Virus record (IMG/VR): IMGVR_UViG_3300044826_000112
Length of the DNA stretch: 64,000 nucleotides
Direction: 5' to 3' (one strand)
Origin: a virus
In this document: positions 51,823-60,959 of the stretch, piece by piece
Layout of the letters: every line of letters begins with the position of its first letter
Position numbering within the stretch: the stretch's first letter is position 1
Made by a program: the position numbers and the translations under genes
The notes under the pieces: generated by a model
What the model was told of the DNA's origin: nothing
Database searches by the model: none
What the model saw: only the letters and a program-made list of their open reading frames with translations

Positions 51823-52650
51823 ATGACAGCCTTAGATATCGTAATGGGATTGGATCCCGAGTTCCACATACGTGATGTAGTGGACAAACTGAAAATAGTG
51901 AGGACTTTCCAGGGCAAACTGAATGGTTACAACCTGGACCTCATGATCCCCATCGAGGACCGTGACGGAGAAATCAGTCACATGTCAGCTGCTCAGATCT
52001 CTGGGCGTACTCGCCAGGTGATCAATGAGGAGTTAACCGCAAGAGAGAACTACCTGCTCCAGGAGACGGGCATTCTTACCTCTCTTCGCACCTATCTCTC
52101 AGTCTCTCCAGAGCTCGATCGTCACCACGTAGATGATCTGTTCGAAGAGCTGCGAGAGTATGCCACTCCGGCATTGGCAATAGCAGACGAAATGACTGGT
52201 CCGATGATAGTCGGTCTCATCTTCTCACGGCTGAAGATGCGTCACTTCATTGAGAATGGTCAGTTCGAAGACCCTTACTTCCTGACGCAGATCGACTTCC
52301 CGATGTACGAACGTCGGCAGTTGGTCCATGCGGTACTGCGAAGTGGCGGTATGGGTTTTGTAGTTGAGAGCTACAAGAACCGCTTGATGAAGTACGATTT
52401 GGACTCCCTATCTGTGATAGATCGGCGTGTTAATCACTATCTCACACGGATGTTTTCTGAGATAATGGAAATCCGTAAAGGTGGTGAATCCTATCTCGAG
52501 ATGCGTGACATCAACATCTCTCGGGATGACGAGAGTCGCATCCTGCGACTGCTCGAGCAGATGGAAGCCGAGACTCCCTTGCATGGCGATGAAGTCATAT
52601 TCGGGCTGATCTCTGATTGCTATCTGCAGGGGTTCAACCTGTTCAAATAG
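51823..52650 (+). CDS. Hypothetical protein
   Basis: GAGGAGG RBS, 275 aa; own GGTATAAG motif. Confidence 0.8.
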   Translation: MTALDIVMGLDPEFHIRDVVDKLKIVRTFQGKLNGYNLDLMIPIEDRDGEISHMSAAQISGRTRQVINEELTARENYLLQETGILTSLRTYLSVSPELDRHHVDDLFEELREYATPALAIADEMTGPMIVGLIFSRLKMRHFIENGQFEDPYFLTQIDFPMYERRQLVHAVLRSGGMGFVVESYKNRLMKYDLDSLSVIDRRVNHYLTRMFSEIMEIRKGGESYLEMRDINISRDDESRILRLLEQMEAETPLHGDEVIFGLISDCYLQGFNLFK

Positions 52651-52680
52651 GGCCCTACGGGGCCCTCAACAGGAGGAAAT

Positions 52681-54243
52681 GTGAGAAAACATAAAGGGTT
52701 CACGTATGAGTGGTACGACTACGACGCTCTGATGACGTATGCGGCTATCGATAACTACGTGACAAGTGCCATTCTGGCGGCCATGTGGCCAACGCTCAAT
52801 GAGCGACGAGACTACACTTTCTTTAAGCGTGGTCAGGCTCAAGTCGTGAAGACTCCGTCTATTCGTAATGAACAGTTGGAGGTCAAAAAGCTGGCGTTAG
52901 ACTTCGTGTGCGATATGGAAGTGGCAGGTATGGCTTACGACATCCCTGCTAACCGACGTATGCATCAAGCCATGTTGGAAGACTTGGCGATTACTGAGGA
53001 TCAGATCTTCACCGCCATCGGTAAGCGGATTGATCTGAACTCCGGTGCTGCTCTGGGTGATTTTCTTTACCGTGAACGCGGTTTTGACGTCCCTCTGCAG
53101 ACGAAGAGTGGTGGCGATTCAACATCTGGTGATGCTCTGAAGGCTCTGCACAAGATCCACGAGCATGACTGGCTGAAGGACATCATCAAGCGTAACGACG
53201 TGCACGCTATGCATGGCAACTTCATCAAGACCTATGTAGAGGACTGGGTGAAGAGCGACGGTCGGATCCATCCTCAGTACAACCTGTTCGGCACCAGTTC
53301 GCACCGTATCAGCTCCAGTGAGCCGAACCTGCTGAACCTGCCGCGTGGCTATTACGGCTACAACATCCGGGAACTCTACATCACTGTCCCGCCGATGGCC
53401 TTCCTGACCTTCGACTTCTCCTCGTGTGAAGTGAAGATCTTGGCGGCCCTCTGTAAGGATGAGGCAATGATGGATGCCTGTGCGAAGGGTTGGGACTTCC
53501 ACTCCTTCACCGCATCGATGATTGCAGGCGTACCGTACGAGGACTTCGTTAAGATTGCTAAGGATGAAGACCATCCGGAGCACAAGAAGTACAAGGGAAT
53601 CCGTCAGGATGCCAAGGCGACCACCTTCGGTCTGCTGTATGGCTCCACTGTAAACGGTATCGCCATGAACCTTGGCAAGTCCCTGGAAGAGACCCAGAAG
53701 ATCGTGGATACCTACTTCCGCTTGTTCCCGAAGGTAAAAGACTTCATCGAAGACTGCCACAAGATGGCTCTGGCCAACCAGTTCGTCTTCTCGCCATTCG
53801 GTCAGAGAAAGATGGAGTACGGTGCTCAGGACGTCTTCCGTGGCACTGCCGTGTACAACGCTGCTCTGCGGAACAGCCAGAACGTATCCATCCAAGGTCC
53901 GGCTTCTACTTTAGGTCTGATTGTGTTCGCCAAGCTGAACGAAGAGCTCAAGAAGATTGGTGGCCGGGCAATCTGTACGGTATACGACTCGGTGGAAATC
54001 GAAGTCCCGATGAATCGCATGGCAGAAGCCATCGAGCTCGGCTTCTACATGATGGATGACTGGCCTGTCGAGAACTTCGACTGGTTGGACTTCAAGATCG
54101 GTGCGGATGCTGAAATCGGTTGGGATTGGGGTAATGTACACGGCGTCAAACGTGGCATCACCCAAGAGAAGTGTGAAGAAATCCTCTCTGCAGCCAATGA
54201 AGAGAAGTATGTGACCTCCCGTCTGGTACTGGCGGCGGCGTAA
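52681..54243 (+). CDS. DNA polymerase family A, C-terminal part (ExoIII motif plus polymerase domain)
   Basis: YAAID (ExoIII), TSSHRISSSEPNLLNLP, motif A DFSSCEVKILA, motif B RQDAKATTFGLLYG, NVSIQG, motif C TVYDSV; AGGAGG RBS, GTG start. Confidence 0.95.
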   Translation: MRKHKGFTYEWYDYDALMTYAAIDNYVTSAILAAMWPTLNERRDYTFFKRGQAQVVKTPSIRNEQLEVKKLALDFVCDMEVAGMAYDIPANRRMHQAMLEDLAITEDQIFTAIGKRIDLNSGAALGDFLYRERGFDVPLQTKSGGDSTSGDALKALHKIHEHDWLKDIIKRNDVHAMHGNFIKTYVEDWVKSDGRIHPQYNLFGTSSHRISSSEPNLLNLPRGYYGYNIRELYITVPPMAFLTFDFSSCEVKILAALCKDEAMMDACAKGWDFHSFTASMIAGVPYEDFVKIAKDEDHPEHKKYKGIRQDAKATTFGLLYGSTVNGIAMNLGKSLEETQKIVDTYFRLFPKVKDFIEDCHKMALANQFVFSPFGQRKMEYGAQDVFRGTAVYNAALRNSQNVSIQGPASTLGLIVFAKLNEELKKIGGRAICTVYDSVEIEVPMNRMAEAIELGFYMMDDWPVENFDWLDFKIGADAEIGWDWGNVHGVKRGITQEKCEEILSAANEEKYVTSRLVLAAA

Positions 54244-54308
54244 AATATAGATGTAAGTCTCCGCACCTGTTGTCCCGACAGGTCACTTCTCTTCACGTAA
54301 GATCCACA

Positions 54309-54329
54309 AGGCCCCGCAAGGGGCCTTTT
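54309..54329 (+). terminator. Rho-independent terminator
   Basis: AGGCCCC-GCAA-GGGGCCTTTT. Confidence 0.8.
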
Positions 54330-54373
54330 ACTTTGGCCTAAAATATAAGCGATGACTTATTCGGAGGATAACT

Positions 54374-54544
54374 ATGAAGAAGATGATCATCGCTATGATG
54401 CTGTCTGCATCCGTGGTCCTGATGGGCTGTGGTGCTTCCGAGCCGACTGTTCTTGACCAGAAATGCGTCGAGATCCAGAAGGCCCGTGGTACTGCTGAAT
54501 CCCAGATCAAGTCCATGTGCACCCGTCCTGCTTCCGCACAGTAA
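54374..54544 (+). CDS. Small lipoprotein (56 aa)
   Basis: GGAGG RBS; MKKMIIAMMLSASVVLMG-C lipobox; two further Cys; own terminator (54559-54588). Confidence 0.8.
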   Translation: MKKMIIAMMLSASVVLMGCGASEPTVLDQKCVEIQKARGTAESQIKSMCTRPASAQ

Positions 54545-54597
54545 GCAGGTCTACCCTCAAGGGCTCCTTCGGGAGCCCTTTTCTTTTGGAGAAACAA

Positions 54598-56049
54598 ATG
54601 GAAATTGTACAAGTCCGTGCAGGTCATGCTACTAACAGCTCTTCCTGTCACTCAATCATCTATCTTCCTGGTGGCGCTAGCGATGATGAAGCGGGGTGCG
54701 ATCAGGATTTCGGATGGGAATGGTTCACTCTCGGCAGTCGTGAAGCCAAAGCCCGCTATGCAGCCCAGTCCTTTAGGAACTTGCTGAGCGATGAGATCTT
54801 GGAGAAGCACCTCGGTGTAGCTCCTGATCCTGAAGGTTACATCGATCATGAATCTGCAGGCCTGCTCGGCTGGGTTCGTGATGAAGAGGATCTGATCAAG
54901 TTCGTCCGTCTGTACCTGGATAATGAGAGCATTGTGATCACCGGCGGTAACGATAACGATGATAGTGGTCCGGTGCCTGTTGGTCAGAGCGTTCCGAGCT
55001 ACAGTTCTCTTAACAAGTGGCGGGATGGTGATAATTACTTGATTATCTACGATCCGGTGACTGGCAACAAAACCCACTTCGCCAAGGGTGACTATCAGAT
55101 CGGGGATGTGCCGGCAGATTTCCCCGAACTTGTTGACCTTAAGATCTCCGACTACTGCGATCTCGGTTGCTCGTTCTGCTATCAGAACAGTACCCGCCGC
55201 GGCAAGCATGGTGATCTACAGGTGATCAAAGATGTCATCTCCAAGCTGGGTCATCTCGGTACCTTTGAGATTGCCATTGGCGGCGGAGAGCCTCTGCAGT
55301 ATCCGCATCTGGAAGAAGTTATCCACCATGCCAATGCATGTGGGATAACCGCCAACTTCACCACCAAAGACTACAAAGCTCTGGCCAAACGTAGCGATCT
55401 GATCCACTACATAGGCGGCGTAGCTGTATCGGTCGCTACCCCAGAGGAAGCCAGAGAAGCTATTAAGTGGTTGGCCGATCTGACCACGGAAGAACGGTCA
55501 CGAGTCAGCTTCCAAGTACCGGTAGGGGCACAGACTTACGAGCAATTCGTTGAACTCATGGCTACCATCGCCTGCTACTCTGTCAACCGGGTGACTCTGC
55601 TGGGTTACAAGCAAGTGGGTCGTGGCACTGCCAGCAAGTACCACAGCTTTGAGGATAAGCTTGGGGATATCTTCTTCAAGCAAGAACCTTATAGCTGGGA
55701 TGAGACTCGCTTCTACACCGCGGCCGTGTACCCAAGGCTGAGCGTTGGGATTGATACTCAGTTGGCCGTGAAGGCTCCTGGGTTCATCGCCAAGCTGCCC
55801 AGCCAGGTAGTAAACAAGGTCGTCATGTACAAGGAAGGCCTGCACAGCTGCTACATCGATGCCGTTCGCCAAGAGATTGCACCGAGCAGCTACTGTGACA
55901 AAGAACTCTATCAAACCCTCGTAATCGATCAAATCGGAGATATTTTCAATGAAATCTCTTCTGCAGCTTGTGAAGACGCCCTTCGTAACAACGCTAGCGG
56001 TAGCACTGTCGTACCCAGTAGTGATTCAGATAGCGGCGAAGCTGTGTAA
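54598..56049 (+). CDS. Radical SAM protein with an N-terminal 'TNSSS' domain
   Basis: VRAGHATNSSSCHS N-terminus, GYIDHES, GGNDN; PELVDLKISDYCDLGCSFCYQ; AIGGGEP. Confidence 0.88.
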   Translation: MEIVQVRAGHATNSSSCHSIIYLPGGASDDEAGCDQDFGWEWFTLGSREAKARYAAQSFRNLLSDEILEKHLGVAPDPEGYIDHESAGLLGWVRDEEDLIKFVRLYLDNESIVITGGNDNDDSGPVPVGQSVPSYSSLNKWRDGDNYLIIYDPVTGNKTHFAKGDYQIGDVPADFPELVDLKISDYCDLGCSFCYQNSTRRGKHGDLQVIKDVISKLGHLGTFEIAIGGGEPLQYPHLEEVIHHANACGITANFTTKDYKALAKRSDLIHYIGGVAVSVATPEEAREAIKWLADLTTEERSRVSFQVPVGAQTYEQFVELMATIACYSVNRVTLLGYKQVGRGTASKYHSFEDKLGDIFFKQEPYSWDETRFYTAAVYPRLSVGIDTQLAVKAPGFIAKLPSQVVNKVVMYKEGLHSCYIDAVRQEIAPSSYCDKELYQTLVIDQIGDIFNEISSAACEDALRNNASGSTVVPSSDSDSGEAV

Positions 56050-56572
56050 CCATAGCATCAACGCCTTCATGGCCTTCTGGTTATCCGTCAGTGTGGTCGC
56101 ATTCTTCATGATAGATTGCCGTAAGTCCCTGAAGGAAACCCGGTTCTATCGAGATCACTGCAATCGCAGCCTCCTTAAGTCTTACATTCCGCCAGAGGAT
56201 TACAGCCGCGGCTTGGTGATGACTGCCATACAGTCCTTCATCTATAGCATGCCTATGTTGGCTCTGGGATTCATCACACCATTTGACGACAACGGATTGA
56301 GAGTCTTCTGGGGTTTGATGGTCATCCTGGCAGTCATCTACGGCAACATAGGTGCCTGGTACAGCTCCAAGCGCTGGGAGATAGCTACTTGGAAGCAGTT
56401 CGGGCTGACCTGCTGGGTACCTCTGCCGATGCTGCTTGTAGTTATCATGTGGCTGATGATCTTCAACGTTAACGTTAACAATGAGATCACCATCATCTTT
56501 GCGAACATGATATCTAGCGGGCTGTCGGTCCTGGCAATCCTTTACTTCCGCAGTGGCATGAGGAAAAGCTGA
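55949..56572 (+). CDS. Multi-pass membrane protein
   Basis: Several hydrophobic helices; GGAG RBS; overlaps the rSAM 3' end. Confidence 0.7.
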   Translation: MKSLLQLVKTPFVTTLAVALSYPVVIQIAAKLCNHSINAFMAFWLSVSVVAFFMIDCRKSLKETRFYRDHCNRSLLKSYIPPEDYSRGLVMTAIQSFIYSMPMLALGFITPFDDNGLRVFWGLMVILAVIYGNIGAWYSSKRWEIATWKQFGLTCWVPLPMLLVVIMWLMIFNVNVNNEITIIFANMISSGLSVLAILYFRSGMRKS

Positions 56573-57153
56573 TGGATAAGTTCTTTATGATCAAGAGGTC
56601 CTGGTGGACCCCTTTCATTGTAATGATTAACGTTACCCTCACCAGGATGGGTTTTCATACTCATATTGCTGGCCCGGAATTCGTAGTGATTCCAGCATTG
56701 GCCCTTATCCTAGTATTCCTCCCGGGCATAATTCAGTATGCATTCGTGGGGGCATACGCGGTGGGAGGCTTTGCTTCGGCGTCTGGATGGGCTCCGGAGG
56801 GGTATTTGATAGCCATCATCTTGGGTAGCGGAATCTTGTGCTTGGCCGGCTGGTTTAAGTGCAAGGAGATCTTGTTCAACCCGGAAGGTCTCAATGCTAA
56901 GTCCATCAAGCATGTGCAGGATACCTCCGATACGCTACGCCTAGCTCTTCTAGTGTTTCCCCTCGCCGGATGGGCTGCCCTAGGAGGCTGGTATCTGGAC
57001 TTCGAGTTCACATACCGCATGGCCATAAGCATAGCCGCGGTGTATCTGTTCGTAATCATGGTGCTCGGGCTGAGTCTCCTGTCCGACGTATACACTTTCT
57101 CAACTGGTAAAACAAAGGAGTACGTAGAAAATGTCGATAGCTGTTGTTACTAA
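56572..57153 (+). CDS. Multi-pass membrane protein
   Basis: Several hydrophobic helices; TGATG coupling. Confidence 0.75.
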   Translation: MDKFFMIKRSWWTPFIVMINVTLTRMGFHTHIAGPEFVVIPALALILVFLPGIIQYAFVGAYAVGGFASASGWAPEGYLIAIILGSGILCLAGWFKCKEILFNPEGLNAKSIKHVQDTSDTLRLALLVFPLAGWAALGGWYLDFEFTYRMAISIAAVYLFVIMVLGLSLLSDVYTFSTGKTKEYVENVDSCCY

Positions 57154-57805
57154 CCTCAAAGCAATGCCCTACAAGGCCGAGCGTATCGCTGCAGCATCTC
57201 TTATGCTGACGGTACTGATCCTCCCTCAGTACTTCCTCCATGGGTTCGACTACATGGGCTGGTTCCTGAAGGTCGGTATGGTCCTCTGGTACATCTACCT
57301 CCCGCTGGCTATCGATCACGATATGATTGATAACGACGGAATGAAGAACATCTGGGTGGCCCCTCTGATCACCGGTCTGTTCATGCTGCCGATATCCTTC
57401 GCCCAGCAGTACACAGTCGGGTTCCACGTCGTAGCCTCATTGGCATTCGTGGTGTCTACCATTCTGATCGAAGGCTGGTGCAACATCCAGGTTAACCGCA
57501 AGGTTCTCTTCGAGCTGAACCCGAAGGTTAGTCTGTATGAGTACGAAGATACCAAGTACGGAGTCCTCGGGTTGGTTGTAATAGGAGGGGTTCTCAGCTT
57601 CGTATCCGGTATGGAACCTATGATCGTAGCGTCATTCTCTCTGGGCACCTTGATCTTCATCGCGGTAGAGACCGTCAAGATCAACGACACTTTCAAATCC
57701 TACATCAACTCCGAACGCAACCGCATCGAGCGAGAAGAGCGAGAAGCTCAGGCGAAGGAGTTGGAAAAATTCATGAACATAGATGACGAGGAATACTATG
57801 ACTGA
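57131..57805 (+). CDS. Multi-pass membrane protein with a charged C-terminal tail
   Basis: About six hydrophobic segments; AAGGAG RBS. Confidence 0.75.
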   Translation: MSIAVVTNLKAMPYKAERIAAASLMLTVLILPQYFLHGFDYMGWFLKVGMVLWYIYLPLAIDHDMIDNDGMKNIWVAPLITGLFMLPISFAQQYTVGFHVVASLAFVVSTILIEGWCNIQVNRKVLFELNPKVSLYEYEDTKYGVLGLVVIGGVLSFVSGMEPMIVASFSLGTLIFIAVETVKINDTFKSYINSERNRIEREEREAQAKELEKFMNIDDEEYYD

Positions 57806-58094
57806 TACCGTATTGGCCGTATGCGAAGTGTACGACCGTGAGAATGAGCCGGATTGGGGTGTGCGGCACGACCCTTGTGGCATTCTGATCGGCGTCTCTA
57901 GTGAGGCTTTGGAAGCTCAGAAGAGGGAGATGGCTAAGCGTGATACTGCTAACTTCTCCTACGAGTACAATCCGATCAAAGTGTTCCGCACTTCGAACAT
58001 GGAGATTGCCCGAGAGGTAATCGAGAACCAGGTGCTGCACGTGGTCAACAACGATCGCGTGAAGTGGATCATGTCCGAGCTCAAACCGTTCTGA
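57798..58094 (+). CDS. Hypothetical protein
   Basis: GAGG RBS; overlap with the upstream stop. Confidence 0.7.
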   Translation: MTDTVLAVCEVYDRENEPDWGVRHDPCGILIGVSSEALEAQKREMAKRDTANFSYEYNPIKVFRTSNMEIAREVIENQVLHVVNNDRVKWIMSELKPF

Positions 58095-58226
58095 CCATGA
58101 TCTTTATCATCCAGTCCTTACTCAAGAGCATCCTAGTGATGCTCTTTTCACTTCTACTCGCGACCTACGGCATGGTCTACGCGATCGTAGAGGATGATCC
58201 AATCACTCAAATCAAGGAGGTCATTC

Positions 58227-59183
58227 ATGTGGAATGACGTAGAAGTACTCACCTCTTCCAATGAGAGCGTCAAGAAGTTCATCTTCAAGAAGCCCAACGC
58301 TATCGCCGAATCGGTACTGTACAAGTACCCAACCTACGGTGAGCGTACCGTCATGTGCATCTCTGTGATGTCCGGATGCCCGGTAGGCTGCACCTTCTGC
58401 GGTACTGGCAAGTTCTATGGTCGCAACCTGACTGACCTGGAGATCGTCTCCCAGGTTCGTGAGATGCTGTCCGTGATCGAGCAGGAAGAGCCGGATCTCG
58501 ACATCACCGATATCAAGCGCTTCCAGATCATGTTCATGTCTATGGGCGAGCCGCTGCTGAACATGCATAACCTCGAGCGTGCGATCAATGTGCTGAACGA
58601 CATGACTGAAGGTAAGGCCGCACTGCTGGTCTCCACCATCGGCCCGTCTGCCGGCGACTGGTTCGTCTTCAACGGTCTTTCCAAGAAGTTCCCGCAGATC
58701 GGCCTGCAGTTCTCTATCCACGAGAGCACCGACGAGGCCCGTAACAAGCTCATTCCGTTCCGCCACAAGTTCACCTTGGAGCAAATCGCTAACCACGGTG
58801 AGGCCTGGCACAACCTTACTGGCCGCAAGCCGTTCTTTAACTACTGCGTCCATGAAGGTAACTGCTCGGATGCCGATGTCACCCGTCTGACCTTGTTGTT
58901 TGATCCGAAGGTCTGGGAGTGCACCTTGTCGGTTGTGTGTGAGGCTGATTCCAATATGGCCGATGCTGTGAACCATAACCTCGACATGATCAATGAGTTC
59001 TCCGGTAAGTTGGTTGCACGGGGCTTCAATACCCGAGTCTTCAACCCTGCCGGCCAGGACGACATTGGTGGTGGCTGCGGTCAGCTGTGGCAAGTCCAGA
59101 AGTTTGCTGAAGAAAACCCTAAGGCCATGCGTCGGTCTGCAGGTTGCCTCCACGCTGAACGCGATGGAAATTCAGTATCCTGA
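58227..59183 (+). CDS. RlmN/Cfr-family radical SAM RNA methyltransferase
   Basis: CISVMSGCPVGCTFCGTG, GRNLT..EIVSQ, FMSMGEPLLN, VSTIG, QFSIH...RNKLIP, DIGGGCGQL. Confidence 0.9.
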   Translation: MWNDVEVLTSSNESVKKFIFKKPNAIAESVLYKYPTYGERTVMCISVMSGCPVGCTFCGTGKFYGRNLTDLEIVSQVREMLSVIEQEEPDLDITDIKRFQIMFMSMGEPLLNMHNLERAINVLNDMTEGKAALLVSTIGPSAGDWFVFNGLSKKFPQIGLQFSIHESTDEARNKLIPFRHKFTLEQIANHGEAWHNLTGRKPFFNYCVHEGNCSDADVTRLTLLFDPKVWECTLSVVCEADSNMADAVNHNLDMINEFSGKLVARGFNTRVFNPAGQDDIGGGCGQLWQVQKFAEENPKAMRRSAGCLHAERDGNSVS

Positions 59184-59547
59184 GGAGTTTGGGATTGATC
59201 GAGATGGTGAGCCGAAGTTACGCATCAAGTGTAAATGTGGTGAGTATGCTTACCAACGCAACCGATGGCGCAAGACAGGACATCTTTACTACTACTCCTG
59301 TACTGGTTGTGCTGCACGTGTGTCCTTCGACCCATTAGATGGAATCCCAAGAGGTACGCTGGCCGATACGGAGACGAGGAACCTGAGACGAAAGCTGTCG
59401 ATGGGGATCTCTAAGCTCAAGCGTTTCGGCCTGTATGAGCAGTTCCGCGAGAAGACCAAAAAGCGTTTCATCATGATCGGCTACCTAGGTAAAAAGGAGC
59501 TGACCAAGCTGAATGCTTTGGTTGAAGGGTTAATCGAGGGGTCATAA
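59164..59547 (+). CDS. Zinc-finger protein
   Basis: CKCG...YYSCTGCAARV...PRGTLADTETRNLRR. Confidence 0.7.
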   Translation: MEIQYPEEFGIDRDGEPKLRIKCKCGEYAYQRNRWRKTGHLYYYSCTGCAARVSFDPLDGIPRGTLADTETRNLRRKLSMGISKLKRFGLYEQFREKTKKRFIMIGYLGKKELTKLNALVEGLIEGS

Positions 59548-59569
59548 TGACCCCTTTTTTAGGTATAAG
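59537..59569 (+). terminator. Terminator followed immediately by a GGTATAAG promoter motif (59562)
   Basis: AGGGGTCA-TAA-TGACCCCTTTTTT AGGTATAAG. Confidence 0.75.
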
Positions 59570-59596
59570 TAGTGTGAGGATGATTAACTAGAGGAA

Positions 59597-60205
59597 GTGA
59601 TCATGGACCAGTATGTACCTGTACCTGAAGGCTGGGCCTTCAAGATTTTCAAGTGGGTTTGCATCTTGCTGACATTGGCATGGTGTGGCTTTATGCTTAC
59701 CGGCTGCTCCAGTAAACCGGTTATCCCGCAGACGCAGGAGGAGAAGTATGCGTACACTGTTGAGAAGAGCGAGGAGGCTCTGGACGATGAAAGATGTCGA
59801 TATCCAGATGGAAGCTACAATCTCGCACCAGATTGGGTTTGTGAGGATAAGGGCGGCCTGGAATCGGTCAGCAGCTTCCCTAAAGGTGTCGCCGGTGTTC
59901 AACACGCCAAGAACCTTGCGATCGCCCATGGGCTTCGGGAGATTGCCCTTCGCACGCAAGCGAAGATCCAGTCATCTCTTAAAGCGTATACGTCTGGCGG
60001 TAACCACCTGGATGAAGACGTTATCAAGATGACTGTGAACAAGACTATCCAAGGTGCCAGGGTGACCAACATGATCACCAGCCCTGACGGAGATGTTTAT
60101 GTTCGTATCGTGGCCAAAGGGGTTTCCGACTACATCTCTGACAAGGGACAGCGGGAAGCCATTGAGAAAGCATTCGAAGAACTGAAGGAGGAGAGTGGTG
60201 GTTGA
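59597..60205 (+). CDS. Lipoprotein (LPP20-like)
   Basis: LTG-C lipobox; APDWV...AKNLAIAHGLREIA...IQGARV...DGDVYVRI. Confidence 0.7.
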   Translation: MIMDQYVPVPEGWAFKIFKWVCILLTLAWCGFMLTGCSSKPVIPQTQEEKYAYTVEKSEEALDDERCRYPDGSYNLAPDWVCEDKGGLESVSSFPKGVAGVQHAKNLAIAHGLREIALRTQAKIQSSLKAYTSGGNHLDEDVIKMTVNKTIQGARVTNMITSPDGDVYVRIVAKGVSDYISDKGQREAIEKAFEELKEESGG

Positions 60206-60914
60206 TACCATTAAGGAACTGTGCGTGAAGTTCCAGGACTACCACGCTGTAACCCTACTGGACGAGCATGGTGACCGCTGGGTCACCGTGCCATCCATGG
60301 TCATCAGCTTGGGTATGGAGAGCTTTGAGACAGACTTCCCTGTGGAGATGCGTCTCTCGGCAAATGAGGCGGTACCGGTAATTCCAGTATCGATGATCTC
60401 CAAGCTTATCCCTACGAAAAAGGCGGCAGTGCTTCAGGGGAAACTGGAAGCTGAATGGCTGTTCTTCTTCGGCTATGTCAAAGGGCCTAAGGGTGAAGGG
60501 GCTAGCCGTAAGGCTAACCGTGAGAGCCTGCACATGCTCAAGAAGTCTATCCGCCTCGTAAGCCTGCTTCGTGAGAAGCATGGTTTGGACAAGATTGACA
60601 TCGACAAGTACCTGGAGGACTCGCTATACCGAGAGTTGCTTGGTATCATGGGCTATGCTCAGCCTGTGGACTGGGAGGATCTATCTCAATGGGAGTTGCA
60701 GAATCTGACATTCGTTCAGAATGCGTTCTCCTCATCGATCCTTCTCTACTTGAGCCAGGAAGAGATGCACGACCTGATCAAGCCTGAAGAGTGCCTGACG
60801 GTACTACTGCAGCGGCTCAGATGGGATATGAGCAAGACTATGAACAGCATGTTCATGGCGCAAGAACTCTCTGTGAAGCTTGGCGAAGTCGCCGAGTTTC
60901 AAGGGGAATACTGA
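60195..60914 (+). CDS. Hypothetical protein
   Basis: AAGGAGG RBS, 239 aa; UUCG terminator at 60912-60934. Confidence 0.75.
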   Translation: MVVDTIKELCVKFQDYHAVTLLDEHGDRWVTVPSMVISLGMESFETDFPVEMRLSANEAVPVIPVSMISKLIPTKKAAVLQGKLEAEWLFFFGYVKGPKGEGASRKANRESLHMLKKSIRLVSLLREKHGLDKIDIDKYLEDSLYRELLGIMGYAQPVDWEDLSQWELQNLTFVQNAFSSSILLYLSQEEMHDLIKPEECLTVLLQRLRWDMSKTMNSMFMAQELSVKLGEVAEFQGEY

Positions 60915-60959
60915 GGCCTTCGGGCCTCACTTTTATGTCCAAAAAGGGGTATAACCAAT

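Noticed and set aside
47280-52760. Split intein or group I intron joining the polymerase halves
   Set aside because: No intein terminal motifs or homing endonuclease; the second half has its own RBS; the intervening DNA consists of ordinary genes with terminators
58227-59183. Cfr antibiotic-resistance methyltransferase
   Set aside because: Motif is M(S)MGEPL, RlmN-like rather than the Cfr MGMGEAL; resistance cannot be claimed from sequence
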